The translations under genes were made by a program, and so were the position numbers. The notes beneath the pieces are model-generated. The model did not search any database, was not told the DNA's origin, and saw nothing but the letters and a program-made list of their open reading frames with translations. A stretch of DNA of 63,933 nt, filler included, from Choristocarpus tenellus KU-1152 (lineage: Eukaryota > Protista > Phaeophyceae): NCBI GenBank assembly GCA_964200185.2. It is 13 parts of 13 records of this genome, joined end to end, with 100 filler letters (N's around TTAATTAATTAA, not from the genome) between each part and the next. Parts side by side here need not be neighbours in the genome. Positions count along the whole stretch, not along the records: positions 1 to 6,446 come from CAXNAD020008128.1; positions 6,547 to 17,805 come from CAXNAD020002420.1; 11 more parts are not named here. One strand, 5' to 3'. Below, in pieces: positions 1 to 11,609 of this stretch. The stretch's first letter is position 1. Each line of letters starts with the position of its first letter.

Positions 1-369
1 TTTTTTGGGGGTCATTCCTGACAGGGTAAAACTTCATTTGGGGAAGCCCCCCCCCCCCCCACTCCCTCCTCTTGTATGTAGAACTCTGGTACAATATTTA
101 CGCTTGGAAGGAGTCTTCTGTATTAGTAGGGAAGATGAGATGCGCAGTTGGTGATCCAACAACCTATTTCAAAATCTTTCAAGTGCTTACACTCATCTAC
201 ACCCACCCACCTGTGCTCATTCTTCCTTCCCTCTCACACCCCCAGCCTATTGTAGATCCTATTGATGGGGTAAAATATTATCAATGTAAGACGTAACATA
301 CCTTTGTCCCTCCCCTACTAAACTCGTAAATTGGTCCCTATCCTGACTTGACCGTCCTTGCTGGTTCAG

Positions 370-1310
370 GGGGACAGCTGGGTAGAGGCAGCGCACCGTC
401 TTAGAGCTGCAAATGTCACATTTGCCCCAGTGGTGGATGATAGGGGTGATCTGCTAGCAGTCTTGAGCCCTGCTGATCTGTTGAAAGAAATGGAAATTGA
501 GGCCACAGATGATGTGATGCGCTACTCTGGTTCTGGTGGAGGGGAGAGTTACTTTGGAACACCTTTGATGCGACTGGTAGCCAGCAGGGTGGGATGGCTG
601 GTTTCGTTGCTGTGTCTGCAATCCCTCTCATCAGTCATTCTTCAGCGATATCAGAGGGTGATTGAGAAGCACATAGTGATTGCGCTGTTCTTAACGATGC
701 TTACTGGCACCGCAGGAAACGCAGGGAATCAGGCAAGTTGGTTGTTCTGAGGGGGGAAACAGGATGGTAGCTCTGCAGGGAAGGGCAATGGACCACAAGA
801 TTGGATGGGTAGTAGTTTCTGCTTGGGGGTGTGGGAAAGGAGGGAAGAAAGAAGGGGGGGGATATGGGGGATGTGGTTGAGCAATGGAAATGCATGTGTG
901 TGTGTGTGTGTGTGTTCTTGCATCCTCAGGGACATGGAAGAATTTTGGGAGTACCATTGAGTGAAGTATAAAATCTGCCCATACACAGCAGCAAAAATAT
1001 TAATATTCAACATGTTCAACATGCCACTCCTATCCTGCATTCCCAATCTGTAAAGAGCTCGGCAATGGTTATACGTGGACTTGCAACAGGTGAGATCAAT
1101 GCATCCAATGCCCGTCAGGTGGTGTTGCGGGAAGCTAAGGCAGCGATGTGTGCAGCATTGGTGCTCTCTGGAGCTTCGTTCTTGAGGGTGTTGCTGACTC
1201 CAGGAGCCTCCATACTGGCTACACTTGCTGTCTCTGTGGCCATGGGTGCGACTGTGGTCGGTGCAGTTATGTTTGGGACTGTGGCTCCTATCCTACTGGA
1301 TCGATTTGGG
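370..1310 (+). CDS. mgtE: MgtE-family magnesium transporter, two internal exons (370-732 and 1056-1310), gene partial
   Basis: CBS-like segment PVVDDRGDLLAVLS, then MgtE membrane-domain motifs SRVGWLVSLL and ALFLTMLTGTAGNAGNQ|SSAMVIRGLATGEI. Splicing at the GC donor (733 GCAAGT) and AAG acceptor (1053-1055) restores the conserved GNAGxQSS-VIRGLA motif. Downstream donor GTAAGA at 1311. Final DP-containing exon not found. Confidence 0.9.
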
Positions 1311-2989
1311 GTAAGAGATCTAGAGGGAGGGGGGGGCGAGGGGCAAAGGGGGATATTGAGGTATAATTCAGTGGGAGCATCAAAATATTAAGGTGCCTGT
1401 TTGTAGTCATTGTGTGTGGTGGTCAGAGCAATCCACGAGGCACTTGTCCGTTGTGTTGTTCGTTGTGAGGGGCAAGATTTTAGTGGTGGTTCTCTGAGGA
1501 CCCTTGGGTGACGTGTGGGTCAACTGAATGTGTATATTTCTTCATGTGATACTAACCCTAACCCTAATTAAAATGCCAGCTCTCGTGTGATACTCATATT
1601 TACTACTTGAAGCACATGCTCTAGATATGTATTTACAGCATCAAACGTCATTGGAATGGCGAGCTAGCATGCAAAACAATGAGCTCACAGTGACTCCTGA
1701 CCACGAGATACTATGATTTAGGCTCCTTGTATGCACCTGTGGGCATTTCTGATACTCTGAGAGGTGTTCCACCTGCATCGTAGATGGAAACAAAATCCTA
1801 TGTGCACATGCATAGAGTACACATATACACATCGTTAGCATCCCATGGTGGCAATTACATTTGTTCTTAGAGCACCTCCTTCATGTGATGGACAGCAAGG
1901 CTAACTCTATGATGTACATGTTGACCTTGGTTGTGCAGTTTGCATCAGTGTAGACCTACATCACCAGATGTTGTTCCCCTCCGGCTCTCAGTCACGACTT
2001 TTCAAACTGATTTGCTGACTACCTTAACTCTAGAGTACATTGCAAATTTGACCATGACTGTGATGGCCCAGTGCTCTGACCCTCCCACTGTTACCATCTT
2101 CTCAATGGCAATTGTGTGCCACCTCCCTTGCCTCTTGCCCAACCTAGGTGGATCCAGTGAACTTTGCATCACCTGCACTTGCAACACTTACGGATGTTTC
2201 TGGGGTGTTCATCCTTTGCTCAGTTGCAAGCTTGATGCTCGGAGGAGGCTGAATTTGAGCTGGGCAGTGATACCTAGTGTCTAGGTGGGGTGGGAGGAAG
2301 AGGAAGGTTGGGGGAGTGGGGTACTGATTTGAGGTCCCCACCACACGCTGAATCATGCAACACAATATTTAGGCTGCCCAGAAGAACTTTCTTGCCTTGC
2401 CTATAGGCGATGTTCTGCCAGATTCTGTACAGGACAGTACTGCAGCTTTGTAGGTGTCATTGAGAGGGGAGGGTTGCATAATGAGAGGGAAAGGTTAGAA
2501 AACGATAAACTGTAGCTGTGTCTGTGAGTATATGTGTCTAGGTTTGTATGTAGTGAGTGGTGTGATGTAGAACCCGAGATTGATGTTATGTTTGTTGTTA
2601 TGGATACTTCAGTTAAGCAGAATTCAATAGTATTCGGAATATTCAGTTTTTAAGCATGCTTGTGTGTGATGCTTTCCAAAATCCTCAAGAGAGGACAGGA
2701 TTTACTTGAGCATGCCTTTTCGGAGCCTCAAGGTTCATGTGAAAGATGTGATAGTGGATGATGTAATTGAAATGCTGTTCAACATACTGGGGTGGTGTGG
2801 TGCTGTTGTGGTGCTACACCTCCACCAATCTGTTGCACCGTTAAGAGAGCCTCAGTGTCTCCCACCCTCGAAATAGTTTGGAAGTCTCCCTGTAAGTGTG
2901 TGCAGGTGGCATAGGATTGTGACAACCCTTTATGGTGTTGTGTGCAATTTTTTTCTCATGTAGTACAGTGATCTTTGAAGTAACGAGTT

Positions 2990-3915
2990 ACTGGAGCGCT
3001 GAGGGACCTTAGTGTCCATGATTGGCCAGATCCCGATTTTCCTATCAAGCCACACCCTGTTGGAGAGCTTCCTAGGGCAAGGCACAGCTGCAAGGAACAC
3101 CACCTTTGTAATGTAACAATTATTCTGTACCTGTGGGGGTTTGGGGTCCTCAGTGGGGTGCTGGTATTCACCTTGGCCATCTTTGAGCATGTAAAACCAC
3201 TTCTCATCCACATGTATCCAGTCATAAAGATCGTCCATTAATACCCCACTTCTCCACCTCTTGTGTATGTAGTTGATAATGAAACTCACCCCGTTGACTT
3301 TCTGCTGGTCTGAGAGGACTGGCTTAATCCACCACTTGACCTTCACATTCTCACGCTTGCACAGATCCCACAACGAGGCAAGGAAGACCATAGCTTTGGC
3401 CACCCATTAGCAGAAGAACATGTGGCGTACCAATGGTACATCCTAAACATTGATACAGATACTTGTATAATGAACACATCACCCCTTGCAACATCTTCCA
3501 AGGTTCATGCGTTCACCCAGTGCAATCTGGCTGTCATACCCCTTCAGATGACGGAACACATTGATTCGGGAAATTCCAAAGTCCTCCACGATGGCCATTA
3601 CCATCCCCCGAGGCATCCCACTTCTCATGCCATCTCACCTCTAGGCATCACGCCATCATGTTGTTCTCTGTTAAGGGTGTTTGAGTCTGGACCCCAGAAA
3701 GACTTCTGGGCCGAAGAATTGGGACCGTTGGACGACAATGGGATGAGTGAGCTGCTCGAACAATGGGGCCTTAGTCCTAGGACATGCTAATAAACACCCA
3801 CGTCAACATTTTCGTGAGGTTTTTGAATCCCATCAAATGCAACTTGGTCGACTTTGCACTGGTGATCCTCCACAGTCTTGACAGTGCACCATCTCAAACT
3901 TTGCACGTCTCGCAA
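2990..3915 (-). mobile_element. Degenerate Tc1/mariner transposase (plant/oomycete DD39D-like), N-terminal and first catalytic region
   Basis: ORF 2930-3403 contains WIHVDEKWFY, KVVFLAAVxxPR and DRKIGIWP, motifs of DD39D mariner-like transposases. Upstream part is disrupted and is repeated at about 19040-19510. Confidence 0.8.
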
Positions 3916-6366
3916 TCTGTGTAAGGACCAAGCCTCATCCAGAGGGTTTATCATGTGTGTTGTTCCTGGGCGAGAAAGGAGCTTGCAAAAGTTATGTTAC
4001 ATTTATTTCCAAGTGGAGGAAGTACTTGTTAGTCTCCAACCTCCACAAAGATCGATTTCCCAATATGAATTGGAATTGGATACTCCATCAAATTTCCCAC
4101 TTGGTTATTTGGCTAACTTCAACTGGTGGAATGTGAAGGACAAAGTCCTTTGTCAGTTCAACACTCCATCTGTTAAGGCACACACCCAAAAAATTCATGG
4201 ATGAAGATACTTGTCATAGTCGAGGAGCAGTGCAACTTCAAAAATGGGCTGCAACAGAACGTTCCACTCGACAATTGGTGGATCAAAACTTTCAAAGAGA
4301 CTCCCAGTAAACAGGCAGCCAAAGTTTGGCGTCCAGAAACCTTGGGATGACCTTGGCCCAAGTGCCTGCTGTCAGGTGACATGCTCAAGTAGCGCTAGTA
4401 GAGGGAAGGAAAGTGTGGTCAACGCTATGGTTAAACTTCATCAGGCCACAGAGTCGACTGCCAAAGCAATTAAGCAAGGGAATGCCTCAGCAAGGCCTGC
4501 AAAAGAAGCGAAGAAGCCACAGCTGTGGTCATAGTGGTAGAGGTGAAGAAGCAGGCAGCCGCCAGTAACGCTTGTCTTTGTCAAGAAATCCGTTTGGAGA
4601 TATGGGGCCGAGAGCACTCCAAAGGAGGCTACAAGACAATAATACATCTAAACGAAAAAGTGATGCGTATGGAGACCCATCTAAGGGATACAACAAGATG
4701 TCAGAGGAGAGACTGAAGGGGAAGAAGATACTCCATTTGAACTGTGCTCCTGTGGATTAGGTGTCCATCCCCTGCATTGCTTTCTCCGTAACTTTGTTGA
4801 CTGACTTTAGTAGCAACACCCACTTTGCCATAGAACCCCTGGTCAGAGGCAAAGTTCTTGTTAAGTCGGTGAACTGGAAATGAGGAGAAGAAGATCATGG
4901 CAGGAGCTGTTATGGTTCGCTGCCCTGTACATGAAGGGAGGTTGCCCAACACGATGGGATGCAAAAATCTATGCACCCAAAATTTCGATAAACTACTCTG
5001 GCAACATGGGCTCATTCGTTCACGTTCATTGGCCCATACAGATTGATAATAGACCCATGTGTGTCCAACTGACCTTGCATTGGGCAAACACGATAATGTC
5101 ATTGAAGTACCCCAGAGCCTTCAGCTGGAGGTGATGTAGGCAGTAGAGCACAGTCATAGCAAAGTCAGTCACTTTGGCTAGATGAAACCTGCTGGGAGAC
5201 AGATGTGATGGTCACCCTCACAGGTGATGAAGCCTCCACCCTCACCACAGATCCAGTGGTAGACCCAGTCCAGCAGCACAGTTTGCAGTCAGCTGGCAAA
5301 CATTGCCTGTGCACACATATCAAGGGATCATGTAGCTGATAATAGGACTTCCGCCAGTACAGCCCACAGTATACACCCAGCAAGTGGCATGAAACTCAAT
5401 TGGTCACGGCAAGGAGACCACCCCACAACTTCTCAGCCAGGGACACCATATCCCAGATTGCCATCCGCCTTGTCTCTGTAGGGCATTGAAACTTATTTTC
5501 ACATTTCAATCTGGGAAGATGCTTGACTAAATTGCACATTGCTTCCACAAATGTTTGAAGTTGGTGGAACAGGATACGTTGCACCAAATATTACCACAGA
5601 GCGATCAAGTGTGGCATTTCCCACTCAAGCCACAAGCCCATGCCCGCTGGTCCTATGACCCATTTTCTCTCTGAAGGCCTGTGATGACCACCTGGTGCCA
5701 AATGTGGAGAAAGTATCCCGTGTTGATTACTCTCTTCCCACTGTGTGTCATGTTGAATGGTCCTTACCAAATCCATATATGCTATATAGCGCCTCCGAAC
5801 AGTGTTAACATTTGCAAGTTCTCATGCTGACACTATCGCCTCATCATGTACTATCAAGCTCCTTCCCCCTACTCCGAAGGATTTTGCCTCTCTCGATATC
5901 ATATTTCTAGTGTTACCACAAACCATTGGGTCTTGGCATTGCGTTGCAGTGTAGGTGCCTGCTCGTCTGGAAAACTGTTACCATAGCTGTTCCTGTGCAA
6001 TAGCCTCTAAATACCTGTGCGGGGAAGGAGGGGCTAGATGTATCGCTAACCTCAGTCTCAAGGCTCATCGTGGGAGAGTGAAAGGAAAGAGGTATTTTAT
6101 CTCTCCAGGAATATGAGGATATTATGTCATTGGCCTTGTGTAGAATGTTCTGATGGCAGGACCAGTCCAGGACTCTAACGAAGCTTTACAGTCCGAAAAT
6201 GGAACCTAGAAAAATTATTTTAATACCCTGTTAGTGCTTCCTCCATGAATGCTGGGTCAATCTCCCTATAATATGCTCAAGTACCCTCAGGTAGAAGCAG
6301 TTTATATCAGTCCTATCTCTATTTGCTTTAGACAATCTCTTTTCCTTGGCTGAAATTTCTACAAAT

Positions 6367-6400
6367 GACCCAAAGTATCTGGAGGGGGGGGGGGGGCTGC
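6367..6400 (+). mobile_element. End of MITE family D (terminus GACCCAAAGTATCTG followed by poly-G); further ends at 6645, 25552, 28653, 31235, 38160, 49784, 49988
   Basis: Recurrent terminus next to contig breaks, in both orientations. Confidence 0.75.
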
Positions 6401-6446
6401 ACACCTAATAAACCTTTAGAACTAAAAGGAGGAAATTTCCACTTCA

Positions 6447-6546
6447 NNNNNNNNNNNNNNNNNNNNNNNNNNNNNNNNNNNNNNNNNNNNTTAATTAATT
6501 AANNNNNNNNNNNNNNNNNNNNNNNNNNNNNNNNNNNNNNNNNNNN
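6447..6546. other. Artificial contig linker (first of 12: 6447, 17806, 21764, 25693, 28713, 31341, 38021, 43226, 46266, 49804, 54025, 61210; each 100 bp)
   Basis: Identical N44-TTAATTAATTAA-N44 cassette giving stop codons in all six frames. Confidence 0.98.
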
Positions 6547-6649
6547 GGAAAAAATCCTTCCCCCTAAAAATCACTAAACCCATACCCAAAAAAAGAGCCC
6601 CTGGGGTAGCCCCCCCCCCCCCCCTCCCCCCAGATACTTTGGGTCAGAG

Positions 6650-7463
6650 ATTGTCGTAACACGTTCTTCTGAGTACATCCGGTTCTCTAGACGGACGGGT
6701 GGACTGCTGTTGACAAGTTGCGAAGAAATCATTGAGAAGTGAGGTGCATGGACCGAGCACAGGAGAGGATGCTGAACAAGTTGCAAAGGGACACCCACGA
6801 GGGAAAGGAAGAGCATCTTCACCAGGTGTTCGTCTAAGGCAAACATGAATGCCAACACGGCAAACATAGACGGGACGCAGACCACACTCTCACCTCGGCC
6901 CTTTTCATAGCATTGATTAGAGCGTGAATCCCGCGGCTTCCGTCACCAATGGTTCCCCCCCGCGCGTTGAAGGTGCGATGAAGAGAAAGGCCCCCTACCC
7001 CCGCTTGTTCACATAGACCTTGGGTGACACCCTGACGTTGTCCAGCAGGTTGTAAAAGCAGTATTCCTCAGGACGATTTCCTACAGATCCCATTCCCTCG
7101 CAGCTTGAGAGGGATGTTGTTGCACGGGGAACAGTGGGTGCCAGACGGACATAGCAGCAAACACTGTTGTCAGACTGCCAACGAGTATTGGTTGCCGAGG
7201 GTGTCCAGTGCAAACCTAAGCCAACTATGCCAGCGAGATACTTGCCTGCCCAGTGTGTAGCACTGGGTGCAAGCAAAAACAAGTACCCGTAAACAACGCC
7301 TCTGGGTGGCATTGATGGTTCTTCTCTAAGTTTGAAGAGATCACCCAGCTCACACTCGTACAGCTTAGGGCACGACAAAGTCCACTTGCCCAGTCGGTCA
7401 GATAGATAGGCAGTCAGTAACTCGGAATCGGCAATTTTTGGGAGGGTCAATATGGTCGTACAT
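6650..7463 (-). CDS. Multi-exon hypothetical protein, possibly divergent MCM-family (exons 7019-7463 and about 6650-6900; probable upstream exon about 7504-7710)
   Basis: Two long ORFs join in phase 0 across intron 6901-7018 (GT...AAG). Polypyrimidine-TAG acceptor at 7464-7466. Protein text ...NLLDNVRVSPK|GRGESVVCVPSMFAVLAFMFALDEHLVKMLFLSLVG... Confidence 0.55.
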
Positions 7464-8196
7464 CTAGAAAGCGCCAAAAAAAAACAGGAGACAGCGCTCC
7501 CACCCACCCCAAAAAGTGGTTCCTGGGCGATTTGAAATGCTCTGCTCCTCTTCGCAATAAAAAGTGGCCCCGTGGCGAATAGGTGATTGGAGGGGGGAAA
7601 GAGTACTGCACCAAAGGAGAGATCTTTTAAAGTTTACGAAGAAAGAGAAAGACGAAAAGTCAATGCAGCTATGAACGGCAGCCAAGAAACCAGGCACGCC
7701 CTGGCACGCCCTAGCGCCCAAAACAGCTCGGATAGGACGCTGTTTTAGTCAACCACTTAGCCGGCAAGATGCTGCGGGAGAGTGTGGGGAAAATAAAATG
7801 TTTCCATATTACTCAGTACATCCAATCTGAACACCACTCATCACATATCACACATCACGAATCAGGTATCGCATATCATCATGTGCTACACAAAAGGAAA
7901 GAGGGGAGCACAGGAATAATCAATCCAAAGGGTAGAAGCCAGTGAGAAAATCAACGTCCAGCAGGCAGTAGTAAGGAGTGAGAGTGCATGTATAGCCTTA
8001 CGTGCTTGGGGTGCGGTTGGTGCTGCTTCGATGTGACGTGTGTCAGCTACATCACGGCCTCTCGGGCACTCAACTTGTCTGTGAAGGTGTTTGCTCCATC
8101 AACCAAAGATGGGTACAACCTGTGTTGGTTTGTCGCCCTTGTGCTCCACTCTTGACCGCGCTCCCAACCTTCTCAGAGTCACCTCGCAGGTACATC

Positions 8197-8513
8197 TGTT
8201 ACAGGCGATATATCTTGATGGCGGTTCCATAAACACCATTATAACCTTGAAGTACTAGATTTGATATATTTGCACTTCTTGATAATTTATTTATTTTTTA
8301 GTTGTTATATTGCCCCCAATTGGTACATCATTGCCAGTTCCTTTTATATGATGATATTGATGATACTGATGAAGGGAACAATCCAAGTGAGGGATCCAGC
8401 ATACTTGACGACTTGTGCATCAGGAGTCCTATACGTGCATCAGCGTCATCTATAGGCTTGTGGACTGGAGCTATACACCCTGTGGAGGTAAGCTTCTGGA
8501 GCGTGCTGTAACA
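8197..8513 (+). mobile_element. LTR, family A (5' LTR followed by primer-binding site)
   Basis: TGTTACAG...CTGTAACA inverted ends with TG/CA termini. Related copies at 9105, 11301, 12893 and 43359. Confidence 0.85.
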
Positions 8514-8531
8514 TGGAGGTCCTACCAAGAT
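8514..8531 (+). promoter_or_regulatory. Retrotransposon primer-binding site complementary to the tRNA-Gln 3' end
   Basis: TGGAGGTCCTACCAAGAT directly after the LTR. Its reverse complement ATCTTGGTAGGACCT-CCA resembles the eukaryotic tRNA-Gln 3' end. Repeated at 11610-11622. Confidence 0.75.
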
Positions 8532-8548
8532 TTCCGTGTTGTAACAGA

Positions 8549-8808
8549 GAGTGAACGTATCTTAGAGGGTACGAGTTTTTCCCTGTTTGTCCATTTGGGG
8601 CTTGGCTTCCCACGGGTTTTTAATGTCACTTTACCTACTCCAATTTTTTTCGAAGGAGGTGAAATGTATACGTTATGAAAAGGTGCGCCCGGAACAAGGA
8701 TATTGACATCTCCTAACAAATATGATAGCCAAAATTTCATAATAAATTGCAGCATTGGATTTCAGTCCGCAAATTGATGCGACTCTACCCTCTGAGATAA
8801 TCTAACTC
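8549..8808 (+). mobile_element. MITE family C (about 260 bp, PIF/Harbinger-like)
   Basis: Family TIRs GAGT(G/C)AAAGTATCTTAGAGGGTA, slightly degenerate in this copy; several copies in the window. Confidence 0.8.
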
Positions 8809-9104
8809 GCATCCACCAGTGCTTCTCCTGTCCATGTCGCTTCTTCATTCCTTCAAATATAGACTCTTCTCAGTATTGAAGGACGGCAATCTACAAGCTC
8901 TGCTTGGCACGTAGATGAGGGTGCAGGTGTGCTCACTACTTACTACTACTGCCTGCAGAATGTCGCGTTTTCTCGTAGGTCTCTTGTTTTTTCTGGGCTT
9001 TGCACTCTCGTTTTTTTGTTGTTGGTGATGACACGTCATGAATGGTGTTTGGATCATGCACGGTCTAGGATGTTAGACCCTGAGAAGTATACTTTTCCCG
9101 GTAG

Positions 9105-9669
9105 TGTTACAGCACGCTCCACAAAGCTTACCCCGACGGGATGTTATAGCTCCAGTCCACGAGCCTACAGATGTCGCTGATTCACGCACAGGACTCCTGG
9201 TGCACAAGTCGTCAAGTATGCCGGATCTCTCGCTTGGATTGTTCCCATCATGAGTATCAATATCATCGTATAAAAATGAACTGGTCAGCGATATCTTGTC
9301 TCAATCGGGGACCATAATGATCGAATTATAACTAAATAGTCAAGAAGTATAAATCTATAAAATCTAGGACATGAAGGTCATAATGGTGTCTATGAAACCG
9401 CCGTCAAGACATATCGCTACGCTGATTCGCGTACAGGACTCCTGGTGCACAAGTTGTCAAGTATGCCGGATCTCTCGCTTGGATTGTTCCCTTCATGAGT
9501 ATTAATATCATCGTATGAAAATGAACTGATCAGCGATATCTTGTCTCAATCGGGGACAATAATGATCAAATAATAAAAAATAGTCAAGAAGTATAAATCT
9601 ATAAAATCTAGGACTTGAAGGTCATAATGGTGTCTATGAAACCGTCATCAAGACATAACGCCCATAACA
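9105..9669 (-). mobile_element. LTR family A copy with an internal tandem duplication of about 243 bp
   Basis: Reverse complement of 8197-8513; segment 9176-9419 is repeated at 9420-9661. Confidence 0.8.
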
Positions 9670-10087
9670 GTAGAATCTCAAGTTGGTGGACGTCCTATTG
9701 CTGGTGGTGGGATAGTGGTACTAGTTGTTGTGAGGTACTCCGGTGTAACAATATTCAATAGAGTCTGGGTCTTGGCTGCCCCTCTTAGCTACACGTTCCA
9801 CATTTTCTGTTAATTTTTTGTTCTTTTTTGGTTGTGGTTTTGTATTACACTATTATAAATTGTATATTGATGTGACTGTTTATTTTTCTCCTGCGCGACC
9901 TCTTCTGACCACGGGCCGGCCCCGAGGGGGAACCCTTGGTCAAGCTAGTGCGAATTACGGTTTGTATTTTTCAACACAATCCCAATAATTAATTGGATCA
10001 AGTGTACAAGGGACCAAAATATTTGAGTAGTAGGAAAAGCAAAAGGAAAAATGAAATCTAAGAGATCGGGATCCTTGCCCTGTTCCA

Positions 10088-10169
10088 CGACGACGGCAGG
10101 ACTCGAACCTGCGCGCGGAAACCGCAATTGATTTCTAGTCAATCCCCTTAACCGCTCGGGCATGTCGTC
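10088..10169 (-). tRNA. tRNA-Ser (anticodon AGA)
   Basis: GACGACATGCCCGAGCGGTTAAGGGG-ATTGA CT AGA AA TCAAT-long variable arm-GCAGG TTCGAGT CCTGC-CGTCGTCG; 82 nt. Confidence 0.95.
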
Positions 10170-11300
10170 CGATTTACCCAACACTAATCCAAAAACCACC
10201 CTACTCATATCGCACTCCCCCCTTTCTCCCATTCTAACCGGAAAAAAAAGAAATCGACCTCCTCCACCAACCATCAACACCTGCCAAACAATCGCCACAC
10301 TCTATCCTCTACTTCAGAACCGTTACACTTTCCCCAAACCTCCGACCACATTACTCTCCTACTCATCGCTTATAGATCTACTACGTCTTTCCACCGTATC
10401 CTCAAAACCACCACCTTCCCCACCTCCAACTCGAGACCTCTACTATATTCAGCCACCTACACCCTTACCATCAGACATTACCTTTTTGACTGCCCCCTAC
10501 CGATTCCTTGCACGTAGATCTCTACCAACTTCACTTTCCACCACAAGCAAACGGATTCAAATTAGGTTCTTCCCTCTCCCTTGGTTGTACAACCACGCCA
10601 TCCTCCCGCCCAATAACGCACTTTCAAACCTAAAACAACGGGTGAGCGAATCGCAGATAATGCATCTCAATCCAATTTGGTGACGACGAGCGAACAGATT
10701 GTGTGGTTCCCTACAGGTCTCTGCTTGACTCCTCATCCCTCAAACACAACCGCAAGTTAGACAAGATTGAGCACTCTCAACGACAGAAAATAATACCAAA
10801 TGCGACCCTACCTACCTAGGGACAAAGGAAAAGTGGCTCCACCTTCATGGGGAAGTGCCCTCCCAGCACCTTGCAAAACAACTCAACATACTCTCAGAAC
10901 ACAGAGAGCACAGAGAACCCAACCGCAACCACAAGAATACATGCGCACTCACCACTACTGCAGCCCAACAGGCATGGCGCTATAGTATAGAGTTAAGGGG
11001 GCATCTATTCTTCCTACTGATCATGCGCTGGATAGAAGGACACATCCACCCCGGCCGTATACCGTCTATCACAACAAGGTAAATGCCAGATCTCTTCCAG
11101 CGGGCGTTTTAGAGTAGCGGCGCGGACAACGACATGAACGGTGGAAACTCCTCTTCCCCAAACCTAAGCAATAGGCAGGCAGTAATTCCCTGTTCTCTGT
11201 GCACTCTTGATCTACAGGATGACAGCAAACGCGAAAAAACAAACAAGATCAGGGAAGAAAAGATACATCAAAGTCATACACAAACACACACACACACACA

Positions 11301-11609
11301 TCTTACAGGCGACATGTCTTGATGGCGGTTTCATAAACACCATTATGACCTTGAAGTTCTAGATCTAACATATTTGTACTTCTTGACTATTTATTTATTA
11401 TTTGGTCATTACGGTCCCGATTGTGATAAGTCATCGTAGACCAGTTCCTTTTTATACGATGATGTTGATGATAATCCAAGTGAGAGATCCAGCATACTTG
11501 ACGACTTGTGCATCAGGAGTAGTCCTATACATGCATCAGTATCATCTATAGGCCTGTAGATGGGAGCTATACATCCTGCGGAGGTAATCTTCTGTAGCGT
11601 GCTGTAACA
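11301..11609 (+). mobile_element. LTR family A (5' LTR, PBS at 11610-11622)
   Basis: Same sequence family as 8197-8513; ends CTGTAACA then TGGAGGTCCTACC. Confidence 0.85.

Noticed and set aside
246-285. Possible upstream mgtE micro-exon (PIVDPIDG)
   Set aside because: Splice phase and protein context could not be convincingly supported.
1552-1567. CCCTAA telomeric motifs (also about 38446-38463)
   Set aside because: Only two to three units and internal to contigs; not a telomere.
1620-5800. Other short ORFs around the mariner fragment
   Set aside because: They look like decayed repeats, but no diagnostic motifs were found.
6491-6502. Recurrent TTAATTAATTAA palindrome
   Set aside because: Always centred in an N-padded 100-bp cassette; an artificial six-frame-stop linker.
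10162-10683. 173-aa Pro/Thr/Ser-rich ORF
   Set aside because: Explained by C-rich composition; it overlaps the tRNA 5' end and has no domain or splice support.
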